A DNA stretch of 63,412 bases, filler included, from Collodictyon triciliatum (lineage: Eukaryota), in NCBI GenBank assembly GCA_043381765.1. It is 24 parts of 24 records of this genome, joined end to end, with 100 filler letters (N's around TTAATTAATTAA, not from the genome) between each part and the next. Parts side by side here need not be neighbours in the genome. Positions count along the whole stretch, not along the records: positions 13,278 to 15,830 come from JBHJMP010008682.1; positions 15,931 to 18,482 come from JBHJMP010008683.1; positions 18,583 to 21,132 come from JBHJMP010008684.1; positions 21,233 to 23,781 come from JBHJMP010008685.1; positions 23,882 to 26,428 come from JBHJMP010008686.1; 19 more parts are not named here. The stretch is one strand, 5' to 3'. The notes under the pieces were generated by a model that was not told the DNA's origin, searched no databases, and saw only the letters and a program-made list of their open reading frames with translations. Positions 13,278-24,756 of the stretch are shown in pieces; within the stretch, counting starts at the first letter, position 1; each line of letters begins with the position of its first letter. A program made the position numbers and the translations under genes.

Positions 13278-13834
13278 ACACTTCCCGGATACACAAACAG
13301 CCTGCAGCGGTTGGCAATCGAAGCGATCTTGCTCTCATCCGTGGTAGAGCCATGCCAATTCACGCGATCCGACAGGCCAAGACGCTCAGCAAGTGATCGC
13401 AAATGCGGTTCCATTTCGCCGCTTCCAACGATATCGAGCGAAACGCCGACGCAGTTTGGGGTTGCCAGCGCCTCGAGGAGGAGATCTAGCCCAGCCTTTG
13501 GCGTCAGCCGGCCAATGAAAAACAGATCACGTGTACGCCGCTCAAAAAGATATGCTTCCCTCAAACGAACAATGTCATCGGTTTCGATGCCATTATCGAG
13601 AGCAAAGACTGACTGAGGGTGCGTGCGCTGTATACGCCGATACTCGGTTATCTCATCGTTTGTGTAAAACAGGATCGCATCAGGCAAGCGCATCAACAGC
13701 AATCGCAGCCTGGCACGCCACGGCTTGCTTGTCGCTGTCCAGAGGTGTCCCCACCAGACCGTGCGAACCCCTAAGAGCTTCGCCTTCAAAAGCAGGAGTA
13801 TGTTCGTCAGGCTTCGGGGAGCGCCGGAAATGAC
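13278..13834 (-). CDS. Bacterial GT4 family glycosyltransferase, partial
   Basis: Intronless; LFFIGRLTPKAGLDLLLEA, LDIVGSG, LGLSDRVNWHG, LFVYPG. Confidence 0.88.
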
Positions 13835-14561
13835 NNNNNNNNNNNNNNNNNNNNNNNNNNNNNNNNNNNNNNNNNNNNNNNNNNNNNNNNNNNNNNNNNN
13901 NNNNNNNNNNNNNNNNNNNNNNNNNNNNNNNNNNNNNNNNNNNNNNNNNNNNNNNNNNNNNNNNNNNNNNNNNNNNNNNNNNNNNNNNNNNNNNNNNNNN
14001 NNNNNNNNNNNNNNNNNNNNNNNNNNNNNNNNNNNNNNNNNNNNNNNNNNNNNNNNNNNNNNNNNNNNNNNNNNNNNNNNNNNNNNNNNNNNNNNNNNNN
14101 NNNNNNNNNNNNNNNNNNNNNNNNNNNNNNNNNNNNNNNNNNNNNNNNNNNNNNNNNNNNNNNNNNNNNNNNNNNNNNNNNNNNNNNNNNNNNNNNNNNN
14201 NNNNNNNNNNNNNNNNNNNNNNNNNNNNNNNNNNNNNNNNNNNNNNNNNNNNNNNNNNNNNNNNNNNNNNNNNNNNNNNNNNNNNNNNNNNNNNNNNNNN
14301 NNNNNNNNNNNNNNNNNNNNNNNNNNNNNNNNNNNNNNNNNNNNNNNNNNNNNNNNNNNNNNNNNNNNNNNNNNNNNNNNNNNNNNNNNNNNNNNNNNNN
14401 NNNNNNNNNNNNNNNNNNNNNNNNNNNNNNNNNNNNNNNNNNNNNNNNNNNNNNNNNNNNNNNNNNNNNNNNNNNNNNNNNNNNNNNNNNNNNNNNNNNN
14501 NNNNNNNNNNNNNNNNNNNNNNNNNNNNNNNNNNNNNNNNNNNNNNNNNNNNNNNNNNNNN

Positions 14562-15269
14562 CAATATCTGATCGAACCACGAAGCAGCCGGCGACGATGA
14601 GCTAAATTTTGAATTAAACAGCTCTTGCGTCACCTCTAAATGATGGGAAGCAGACCCTCCAAAAAGGAGACTTAAACTCTCAACATCACCGCCATACCGA
14701 GATGCCTGCGCCAAAAGTAGCGCAATTGGGGACACTAAGACCAAATGCCAAAATTGCAGTCGACCGGGATAATAGTAGTAAATAAGAGATAATGGAATAA
14801 TTAAATACACTCCAATTAGAAGTCTCCCGAATCCACTCCACTGAAATATCAAATATATCGCTACTGTTGCAAAAAACATCAGTATATATGCATAATTCTC
14901 CTTGTTTCCTGTTTTAAATTGTAGTAACTTCTCCAGAATTGCCACGGATACACCAAAAGGAGCAAGAAACGTAACGAAGCCCTTAAAGTTAGATTCCGGA
15001 ACTACAAATGCCGACAGAGACGACCATAATAGGGAAATCGCCAAGTAGGCCCTAAGTCTCACCTTCGATGTGTCATCTCTTCGAAATATTCGACGCCGAG
15101 GCTGGTGTTTAACAAAGTTGAAGCCGAGCGCGTCCGTAAACATTATGTAGATCGCCAACGTGAGCGAGGTATCTAATCCGCTTACCTCCATAAGTGTCGC
15201 GGCCGGCAGAGCAAATAAAAAGAGGAACGTTACCGAAAATATGAGATCAAATGATTTGTCAAGAGGCAC
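14562..15269 (-). CDS. Bacterial O-antigen/capsule polymerase (Wzy-like) multipass membrane protein, partial
   Basis: Low-GC, intronless ORF with many TM segments, lying between a flippase-like gene and a GT4. Confidence 0.6.
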
Positions 15270-15438
15270 TGTTAGTAATCTTAAAGATTGAGCAATAATC
15301 AGGATAAATATTGCGTTTTCAGAGACGGTTCATATTTCCCAATTAATACAGAAAACAAAGAAGAATAAGCAGCAATTGTGAGGGGCAGCTTTGCACGATG
15401 GATTGCCGGGCTTATCTCAGAATAAAGAAACTCTGACC

Positions 15439-15830
15439 TCATACCGCATATCTCCGAGACACAATCAATGCACCCGCACAAATGACGAGTATAACAGATG
15501 TGCTCCCCGCGATAGGCCACCGAAGACTCCGGAGAGCGTCGACCATATGAAGATCATAAGCGTTGCCAATCCCGACAATTCCACTGCCTCCTATATGCCC
15601 CATCATAATGGCGACGATGACGCCGGCGCCTCCCATCGAAGGTCCCAGAACCTGCGCGCCCACTATGACGCACACCGCCATCCAGACTTGAGCCAATATG
15701 TTCCAACGCATTACGCCGTGGCCCATTGCGGAAAAATACAAAGGAACTGAAAAGAGGTTGATGGCTAGACTGAAAGATAAGGCAATGACAATTGACACTA
15801 TCTCTTCGTTAATGTGGTTTGTCATTACCT
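15439..15830 (-). CDS. Bacterial polysaccharide flippase (Wzx/MOP-like), C-terminal part
   Basis: Hydrophobic helices ending LGPSMGGAGVIVAIMMG; operon context. Confidence 0.55.
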
Positions 15831-16037
15831 NNNNNNNNNNNNNNNNNNNNNNNNNNNNNNNNNNNNNNNNNNNNTTAATTAATTAANNNNNNNNNNNNNN
15901 NNNNNNNNNNNNNNNNNNNNNNNNNNNNNNTCGATCAAACAACAGCCAATTGCGTGAAACCGTTTATCCCTATGTGGAAATTATATTTATTTCTCTGCCG
16001 AGTGTGCCAATTGCCGACGTGGTTGTCATCCAGCCGG

Positions 16038-16604
16038 CTAAACCCTCAACCGAATCACCTCCAAATCCTGCTTGATGGCCAGGGCGTAGAACTCGTCATC
16101 TTTCAGCGGCTGTGCATTCTGCCCACGATTAGCCGTTAGTGCAAGCCACACCTGGATGTCCTCGAGCGTGACCCGCTTGGGGAAGGCGTGAGTCGGGGCG
16201 TAGACAAAGTAGCAGGCGTCTTCGTTTGTGGCAAAGCGACCGGGCAGCTTGAACGAGACGGATTCGTGCGGCTCGAGCGGCTGGATGCGGCGATAGCGAT
16301 TGTAGAAGATATCTGCGGATTGGGGGGTTTTGCCAGAAAGCTGATCGGGCTGATCAGCTCGCGGCCCACACATGACGTTTCCGTGATAAGACTTGCGCGT
16401 AGAGTTGACCACTTGGATGGACGGCATATATCCGAGCCACGCAGACACGTAGTACATGGCTATGGTGAAGAGCACAAGGCCTGCAAGGAAGATCAGCGGG
16501 CCGTATCTGCTTGTTCTCTGCTCGAAGGCTTCCACCGGGTCAGGCTCGGCTGCGTCCACAACAAGTCCCTCGCGCGGGTTGCGGCGCTGATGTAGTTGAT
16601 TCAT
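16038..16604 (-). CDS. Single-pass membrane protein of unknown function (intronless; likely start MNQLHQ)
   Basis: GC-rich ORF with TM segment PLIFLAGLVLFTIAMYYVSAWLGY. Confidence 0.6.
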   Translation of the reverse strand: MNQLHQRRNPREGLVVDAAEPDPVEAFEQRTSRYGPLIFLAGLVLFTIAMYYVSAWLGYMPSIQVVNSTRKSYHGNVMCGPRADQPDQLSGKTPQSADIFYNRYRRIQPLEPHESVSFKLPGRFATNEDACYFVYAPTHAFPKRVTLEDIQVWLALTANRGQNAQPLKDDEFYALAIKQDLEVIRLRV

Positions 16605-16815
16605 GTTTGGCGGCTTCTGTGCGTTTCTCCGCGTCTCTATCGTTTGTGTGAGTGGATAAAAGAAGCAGCTCTGGGCGATAATGACGGGGCAGATTTGTTT
16701 CGTTTGAGATTCATCTGCGAAAGTCTGGCGTGTGGTACCGTACAAGTAGTAAAGGATATAATGTGCAGATTAATACGTCACCACTTTTGATATTCAGAAG
16801 AATTGTCGTAAATGA

Positions 16816-16930
16816 AACGAGGAGTATGCCAATCGAAAGATTGGTAAACCTGGTGCGCTAGTATCCAAGGTCTCACCACTTTTTCACAAAGGCCGTGTAG
16901 AGGTGAAGGCTGCCAGGAAAGACCCGACAG
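16816..16930 (-). ncRNA. Putative Fanzor omegaRNA scaffold, copy A
   Basis: 3' segment shared with copy B; stems TTCAC/GTGAA, GGTGAGACCTTGG/CCAGGTTTACC and CCAATC/GATTGG. Confidence 0.55.
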
Positions 16931-17538
16931 CCTGTTTTTTAGAGGAAGGTGTAGGCTATTTTGAATGATTAAAAGAACTTTCTTGAGTGTATTTTTAGCG
17001 CTGTTAAAGTCCCTTGTCAAGAATACACTTTGTTTGCTTTCTGAGCGATTGCATTCTTAACATATGAGACGTCTATACATCTTTTTTGAATTTCCTCTCA
17101 GTTTCATATATTCCAGTTCTTATTCGCAGTTACAGCACATCTTGGATGTTTTAAATTCACCTACACTAACTGTTTCAAAACGTTTGGATAGTATTTTTTG
17201 TAATCCTCTTCCGATTATTGGCGTAAAATGGTTCATATGACATTTTCTGCTCCAGTATCCATACGCTAGTACAACATCCTTGCCAAATGTCTTTTCGATT
17301 CGGTTCATAAACAATTGCTCAATTCTTTTTGTATTAAAATACTGCCTCCATATCATCTTTGGAAAAGTCCCTTGTTCATAAAATATGGATAATTCTATCT
17401 GGTATCTTGATTTCATTCATACATATTTTCGAAATATTTCATAATCGACCGTGCATGAATAACGTTTACTCAGTTTTGTCTCTAAATCGATTAAAGATGC
17501 TCTTGATGTCTCAAACCGCTGATTCTCTTCAAAAGTCC

Positions 17539-17639
17539 TGAGACCAAAAGAAAAAAAAAATTTTTTTGGTTTCTTTTCAACAGTTTATTGAGAGAAAACA
17601 AAGCCGAGGAAACCGCCTTCGCAGTGAGACCAAAAGAAA
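17539..17639 (-). mobile_element. Short retroposed insertion (71 bp) with 15-bp target-site duplication
   Basis: TGAGACCAAAAGAAA occurs at 17539-53 and 17625-39. The insert has AATAAA and an A-rich tail on the minus strand and is absent from copy B. Confidence 0.75.
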
Positions 17640-18903
17640 TAGCACTTTGTAAACCTGTTGCAATCCATACCTCTGAAGCATTGTACTTTTTCTTTCTTTC
17701 TCGCGCAAGAGTATTTTGTGATTTTTAATAGATTTGCTATCGTGTCTTCTTTTGTTGTGTCGTGCAACGTACTTTCTTACCTGTCTCATCCACCATGTAA
17801 ACCAAATAAACTTGCCTGCGTCCACTCCAACTATATATTTTTTTCGCTAATAAAGATAACTGCTCTTCGGAAAGTTCATATATATATAAACACATTCTCG
17901 GTACTTTTGATTATATTTGAATTTTGAATTTGAAATACCTTTCTTTTCAAACAATAATGACAACGCCAAGCCGTCTGTTTGTATCATGTATTCAAAACTG
18001 TAGTCCCTTTGACGAAAGACCTTCTCTTCATTTCAAAGAAATTATCCCATAGGGTCTCTTTGCATCCTATTATATTCTTCATTAATGATGTTTTCCTAGA
18101 TAATACTAATATCTATCAAACATGCAGTATCTAGAGTAATATGACATTATATTGTTAGTTACTTATAGAGATTGATTGAAGCAGTTTGGCTTCAATGTCC
18201 TCAAAAAATGCGATTCATGTAAATAAGACATGGAATGTACTTATTTGGATTGACTTTGACGTCATATTCGATACCTTTCACAACATCGCTGAAAATGACA
18301 CGATGCAAATGCATTTTAGCCCATCCTTTATGTTGTTCCGGTATACCGAGTTTCTCGAAGATGGCTTTATTTTTTCCTTTATTCGATTCAAAGTGCAGCG
18401 AGGTTATGCCATACAAAGGGGCGGGATGGGAGCGCATGGGAGAGAGCAAACGCGAGTAGGAGAAGACACTACCGTGGAGAGGNNNNNNNNNNNNNNNNNN
18501 NNNNNNNNNNNNNNNNNNNNNNNNNNTTAATTAATTAANNNNNNNNNNNNNNNNNNNNNNNNNNNNNNNNNNNNNNNNNNNNAGAGTGAGAGAGTGAGAG
18601 AGTGAGAGAGTGAGAGAGTGAGAGAGTGAGAGAGTGAGAGAGTGAGAGAGTGAGAGAGTGAGAGAGTGAGAGAGTAAGAGGAAAGGTATATTTAACAAGA
18701 AATAATTTTCATTCTTTTTATAAAAAAAGAAGCATTTTCAAATGAACGTATATTATAAGACACATCATTTTTTAAAACTAGACATATAATTTATCGATTG
18801 TAAAATGTAGACATAAGTACACTTAAAGCTATTCATTAAATGAAACAAAAAAAAAAAAAAAAAAAAAAAACAGAAGGGAATGGCCATGCTAATAAAAATT
18901 TAC

Positions 18904-19812
18904 CGAAACCAATTTGTCAGTTCGAATGGACGCTGGGGATGTCATGCAAGCTGTAATAGCTGTAGTAAGGCTATTCTGCGCACCTAAGTGATATTCATTC
19001 GTTTGATGGGATTTTACAAAAAAAAATTATGTCAGTGTGAATCAATTATTTCAAAGAAAAATGCGAATGCTAACACCAAGTAATAGCATTATATAGTTTG
19101 CCAAGATATCCTCATAAAAAAAAGACAAAGAAAAAGAAAAAGAAAAAGAAAAGAAAGTAAAACGATTAAAATCCTCCAAAAAAATATCGTTCTAACGGTA
19201 TGATAGATAAAGTAGCATCCCAATACGAATATACAGAAAGACTTACAATTGTACGGACCGCCGGCAAAGACAACAGCACCTGAGATCTGAGCCGAGAATG
19301 CAACATGAGCCTATTGGACAGTACCATAAAATTATGAAAAAGAAATCCTTCTACTCACATTAATGAACTCTGGTGCAACTGAGAGTAAATAGATTTTCAT
19401 GTTAACTATTTTTTCCTGGTTCCTTTTGTACATTCAATTCAGAAGTTGACGTGATTTTTTTCATAGTCTTCACCTGGACAGCCATGTAACCTCCCGCACT
19501 TAACCCAGACACGCTGGTGTACTTCGGGTCTGCCACGCCTCGAGGCACTAATATAAGCACATATAATAGAGTGTCTCCAGCAAACAATAGAGTCCATCTT
19601 CAGTTCCTTTTTCCTTTTTCCTTTTTCCTTTTTCCTTTTTCCTTTTTCCTTTTTCCTTTTTCCTTTTTCCTTTTTCCTTTTGGGACACAAGTCTCAAATA
19701 AACTCAGCAGCTCAATGAATAATCACATACATTCAGCAGCACGAAGCCCAGAGAGAAGCGACAGAGCAACAGCAGCAAGCATGCAGAGAACGAGAGAGTC
19801 CTTGCGTGTCAT
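18904..19812 (-). CDS. Secreted PHB depolymerase-family esterase, 5' exons
   Basis: Signal peptide, then [40 protein letters not shown] (GxSxG lipase box) over four exons. Confidence 0.85.
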
Positions 19813-20960
19813 GATTCCTTCAAGAGGAAAGGTTAGTCAAAGAGGCTTGAACTCCGAGACGCATTCGCCTATGAAAACACAACGGGAAAGCGTGGCGTGG
19901 TTCCCGTGAAGGATGGCCCGCTGAGTCGATGCAACACAGGTACTTCTCACGACAAGACAAGAGGACTTCAAGTATATGTATAAATAAATCGCTCAAAACT
20001 TGATTCAGGGCGGTGCTGCAAAGAGCAGAGATATTGCCTCGCTCAAGAGACAGCCGTCACCATAGCAGACGCGACTTCAGCAAGGGCATTGAGAAGGAAG
20101 GCACGCGGAGAAGGAACACTGACTCAGTTGCTGTCGTCCAAAACCGCACTTGCAATTGGGCTGCGAAGGCGCGAAACCCAAACGCAAGCGATTGGGAGAG
20201 GCCCAATAATTCGCGCACATCGTGCCCGTGTCGCTTGTGGAATTTGGAAGATCAAGGCGCCATTACTGTTGACCGGACCCACAAGCCGGTATTGGACATT
20301 ATAATGTTAATTATACATATATGGAATATATAATTATTTGCTTTTCTTGCCTTAATCATCCAGTAAGAGTGTATATCAATTGCAGCCTGTGCTTGATTTT
20401 GGTGCAAGTTGACAGAATTGGACTCCGCTTTGCAGAACATGTTATTGTGTCTTGCTTGCTTGGTAGACCGAGCGTTCGCGGAAGGGAAAGAAGTCGGTCG
20501 GAGATTGCATCCCGCATTTCGGCATGAGGCCATGGGTCTTGTGTTTGCATGGATGAGGAAAGGGGAGGTTTAGTCTCTTCCTCAGCCCCTTCCCATAGGT
20601 CTCTTCTCACAGGATCTGTGTGGTAGAGAATGCGAAGGTGGCAAGATAGCCTTTGAGGAAGTAAACCAACAGAGACCTTGGTGATGCTCTGTCAACTACC
20701 GCTGGATATATGACTGCAGCTCCTTCGTGAGGAGCTGAAGCTGTTCAGACCGACCCACGCGGAAATCAAAAAGGACAAAGGCTTTTTCACAGACACGGCC
20801 ATGGCGAAGCTTCTCTTTCACAAGAACCAGCTCCTGCAAAGGTTTACGGTTATGGGTATGAAGTGTCCGAAGCGCATCTTCAAAGAGCATCTGCCAGCTG
20901 CGAACAACTAACGACAAGCAAAAACCCCCGCAAAAGAATACACCTACCAAGCAGACAAGC

Positions 20961-21132
20961 AGCAACAGTGTCTTCAGAGATCAAGACTGGAAAGGACTAA
21001 CACAAATTGGAGGTGGTTCTAAAAAAGATGACCCAGAGAAGATTGGCAGATATGGCCTCGGGTTTAACAGCTGCTATAATATCACAGACACACCCATTAT
21101 TTTGAGTAATAACACTTTGCAAATATTCGACC
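20961..21132 (+). CDS. Sacsin-like HATPase (SIRPT) domain fragment
   Basis: NSVFRDQDWKGLTQIGGGSKKDDPEKIGRYGLGFNSCYNITDTPIILSNNTLQIFD; the upstream part of the domain is not visible. Confidence 0.75.
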
Positions 21133-23881
21133 NNNNNNNNNNNNNNNNNNNNNNNNNNNNNNNNNNNNNNNNNNNNTTAATTAATTAANNNNNNNNNNNN
21201 NNNNNNNNNNNNNNNNNNNNNNNNNNNNNNNNCGATACTATCTGGCGAATGTTCTGGTTCTATCACCTTATCGTCAACAATTCAAGAAGGTTGTCCAAAT
21301 ATAGAATCACTTTCAGCTTATCGGATAAGATTGGATTGCGCCGAAAATGGACGAGTTTCAGCATGTGCGTTACTAATTTGTACAAAGGCTTCAGTATGAC
21401 GTCATCCCACGACCATGGAAATCCGTTATGGAATATAGTAGGAAGTGGTGCATTTGTTTGTCCTTAACGCGGTCAAATGTTGCATTTATGGTATATTCAG
21501 TAAAAGAAAATATCCTTATTTGATATATTGATATAAATGTGGAAATACATATGTGGAAATACTTTTCTGGAGAGAGGGTGCAAATTGTCTCTGTATCTCG
21601 CTGATTTCAAAGCACAAAGCTGATTGCTCAATTGTTCATGAGCCGTGTGAGGGAATCGCAAGAGTGGGTGTCGAATTCCAAGCTTTTATCTCCCGACTGT
21701 CATTATTGAAAACCCCACTTGTTTCACGCAGTTGTGAGAGGTTTAAAAAGAAGAGAAAATAAAAAGAGGAAGAAAATCGTGTAGTCTTCCTCATAATTCG
21801 GGGTCAGTCTGTTCCTTCCGCCTCTGATTGTTAGTAAATGCTCATGCAGTACTTCCGAAAGGCAGATATCTCACTTATTAACTCGAGCTTTGCAACAAAG
21901 TCCGTGGAAGGATTCACTTAGTGAATGCGTTTTTCATGTCCACTGTGTCTGTTAATCACATATTCCATTGCAGAATCTGCACCAAAGTATGATTCATGAA
22001 TTGTTTTACAATATTTTTAAAAGAACGGGTCATGAAATTAAATCGTGTGCAAGTCGATAAAAGTGACATATTTATATTTAAACGAAATTTACACAGTCTT
22101 GACATATACACCAACTTTTTTGGTAGAAGGTATCTAGATACATTCGGTGGACTTATACCTTCAAACCGTTCATTCGTGATGCACTGTTGTACGAGTTTAT
22201 CTATTTCCAATCCCATACATATACATTGCTCGGTTTAGCCATCAACAAACATCCATAAACCAAACTACCGCCCTCTTGAGTCTCAATTTTTTTCCTATCG
22301 TGATACCATTCATTAAAAAAAGAGCGCTTATTATTGGCAGCAAGAAATCGCAAAAGAAGCGTGTTGTATCAAGGGCTATTATCTCAAATGAAGTAAAATA
22401 TATTTTGTAAAAAAAAAAAAAAGTAGATGTTCGTAAAACCATTTTATTCGTTGTTTCTTTTTTTGTTTTCTTGATTCGACGTTAAAGCTACAAGCGCACT
22501 TCCTTGCCTGCTTAATCAATGCATATATCTTTTTTTTTTCAAGCATCAAGTATCATCCTTAAAAGTATTTCATTATAATTGGAAAGCTTTGATACAAGGA
22601 AAATCCAAATCAATGGAACATTTGAATTTTAGCAAGGCGGGCGATTTAAGTTTTCAAGATACTCAGTCACGAACCGAAAAGAATTTCTAAGCAAACGACC
22701 TATCGATTTTCTTTTTTACCTTTGAGTTCTCGTAGTTTCTTTAAATATGTTGGAAGAGCCTCCAGACTCCTCCATTTGTTCCATGAGGCAAGCTCATCTA
22801 TCAAAATTATTCACTAAATGCCAATCAGCTATAAATTGCAACGTCTGGCAAGATTTTCAGCTTTTTTTTCTCGGGAGACATGTGTATTCTTTGATTTTAG
22901 GTACCTCGAGAAGTCCGGATATCATAAACCAAAACATAAATCTATGATAATATGTTTGGCTTTAAGATTGGCTAAAATGAAATGCTGCAAAACTCAGCCA
23001 CCATTCGCAACCCATGGCATTCTACAATTCACAATCAAACATATATAAAATCCTGACAATGCTGCATACGATTGCTTATGCACTTCTTGTCGCCTCAATT
23101 AGCACACAGACAACGAGGTGTTCCCTGCAACTATGTTCCAGACCGTTTCATCATTCTTGTTTGCATCATATTTACGACTTGTAGTGACCCGATAAGTTTT
23201 CCCTATCGGTTATTCTTTGATACGCATCTATGCTCATCGATTTAAGTTTTCTATCCAGGGGAAAAAACAGCTAGGAATACATAACCTGACGCCTTCAAAT
23301 TGCCGATATCTCAGTACCCCCTTTTGAGATATGTTTTCTGCCTTGATGAGGTATTTGTGTCTCACTTCAATCTAACTTGATGGCAGCGCACCCTCGCGGA
23401 TGCGTTGATATGTGTCTATGGCTCAATAGCCTCTTGTTTGCTTGCAATATTCGCTCTCAGTAATAGACTAAAATTAAAAAAATGCGTATGAAGAGAGATG
23501 GTGCCATTTCCCACCAAGCTCTTCTCGACCATGCCAAATAAACTGAAATGAACCCGAAAAAAAATGGAGATGATGGTTTGGATTCGGGTTGACGATAGCA
23601 GCAGGAATGTGTGTAGAAAGTTTAGTCTAGGAGCTGAGTTTCAAGCACTTTCTACCACGTCACCCCAGAAATGTCCAGCACAGTAATGGTTACGGACAGC
23701 ACAAAAGAGATTCCCCCAAACGCTACCAATGCTGTCGGCCAAAAGCGGGCTTTCCTGTCCTCCTGTAATGATGTAGTATTCNNNNNNNNNNNNNNNNNNN
23801 NNNNNNNNNNNNNNNNNNNNNNNNNTTAATTAATTAANNNNNNNNNNNNNNNNNNNNNNNNNNNNNNNNNNNNNNNNNNNN

Positions 23882-24012
23882 AAAACGAAAACAAAAAGGA
23901 AAAGGAAAACGAAAACGAAAACGAAAACGAAAAGGAAAAGGAAAACGAAAACGAAAAGGAAAAGGAAAAGGAAAAGGAAAAAAAAAACGAAAAAGAAAAC
24001 GATAACGAAAAG

Positions 24013-24083
<71 letters not shown>

Positions 24084-24121
24084 GGAAAAGGAAAAGGAAA
24101 AGGAAAAAGAAAAAGAAAAGG

Positions 24122-24172
<51 letters not shown>

Positions 24173-24203
24173 GGAAAAGGAAAACGAAAACGAAAACGAA
24201 AAG

Positions 24204-24250
<47 letters not shown>

Positions 24251-24254
24251 GGAA
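23882..24254 (+). repeat. (GAAAAC/GAAAAG)n hexamer repeat
   Basis: Directly visible. Confidence 0.95.
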
Positions 24255-24756
24255 ATATTCAATTCTTACTCTTTTCCGTGATTTCGACGAGATCCCTCAA
24301 AGGACACGGTGTGCTGCCAGCGATCGGCTCGAACAGTTGCTGGGAAAGCCCGAGGTTGGCCACGCAGTCGACGACAGTTTCTTCTCCGTCGTATTTCACT
24401 GCGCAGTAAAGAGAGTATTTATGCTGCTGTTATTTGGGGCTCTTCACAACACGCTTGCTTTGAAAACATATACGCAGAGATTCTGTCTGCTTCATCTCGG
24501 GCTTTCCTGCCTTGTGAGTTGCTGCGATTCTCTGTTTGATTGTTTGTGATTCTGCTTGATCGAAGAAATCCGTTCGATCTGGAAAGACTGAAGATTCATG
24601 GAAATACATCCTATTCGGTTAATTGAGATTCGTTATATAAGGGAGAAAGTGCATCTGCAACGCCACTAAATCTTCCATTTTTCTATTTCTCTTTCTTTTA
24701 TTTCTGGTTTTTGTATGAGTGTTTGCTAGCTCTCATACTGGTAGATGCAATAGTGT

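Larger units (their letters stand above)
16816..18375 (-). mobile_element. Fanzor1-like (TnpB/Cas12-related RuvC) element, copy A, decayed and 5'-truncated
   Basis: IQTDGLA, IVGVDAGK (RuvC-I Asp at 17820-22), YGYWS, VGEFKTSKMCCNC (RuvC-II Glu at 17156-58), IC*ECN, TRDFNSAKN (RuvC-III Asp at 17009-11); contains stops and frameshifts; homologous to 29938-31410. Confidence 0.88.

Noticed and set aside
13680-15269. 529-aa ORF spanning the N-gap
   Set aside because: Artefact of reading through Ns; the two sides belong to different genes.
21233-23781. Short ORF fragments including a VFCLDE Walker-B-like string
   Set aside because: No consistent frame or recognisable family; the sequence cannot support a call.
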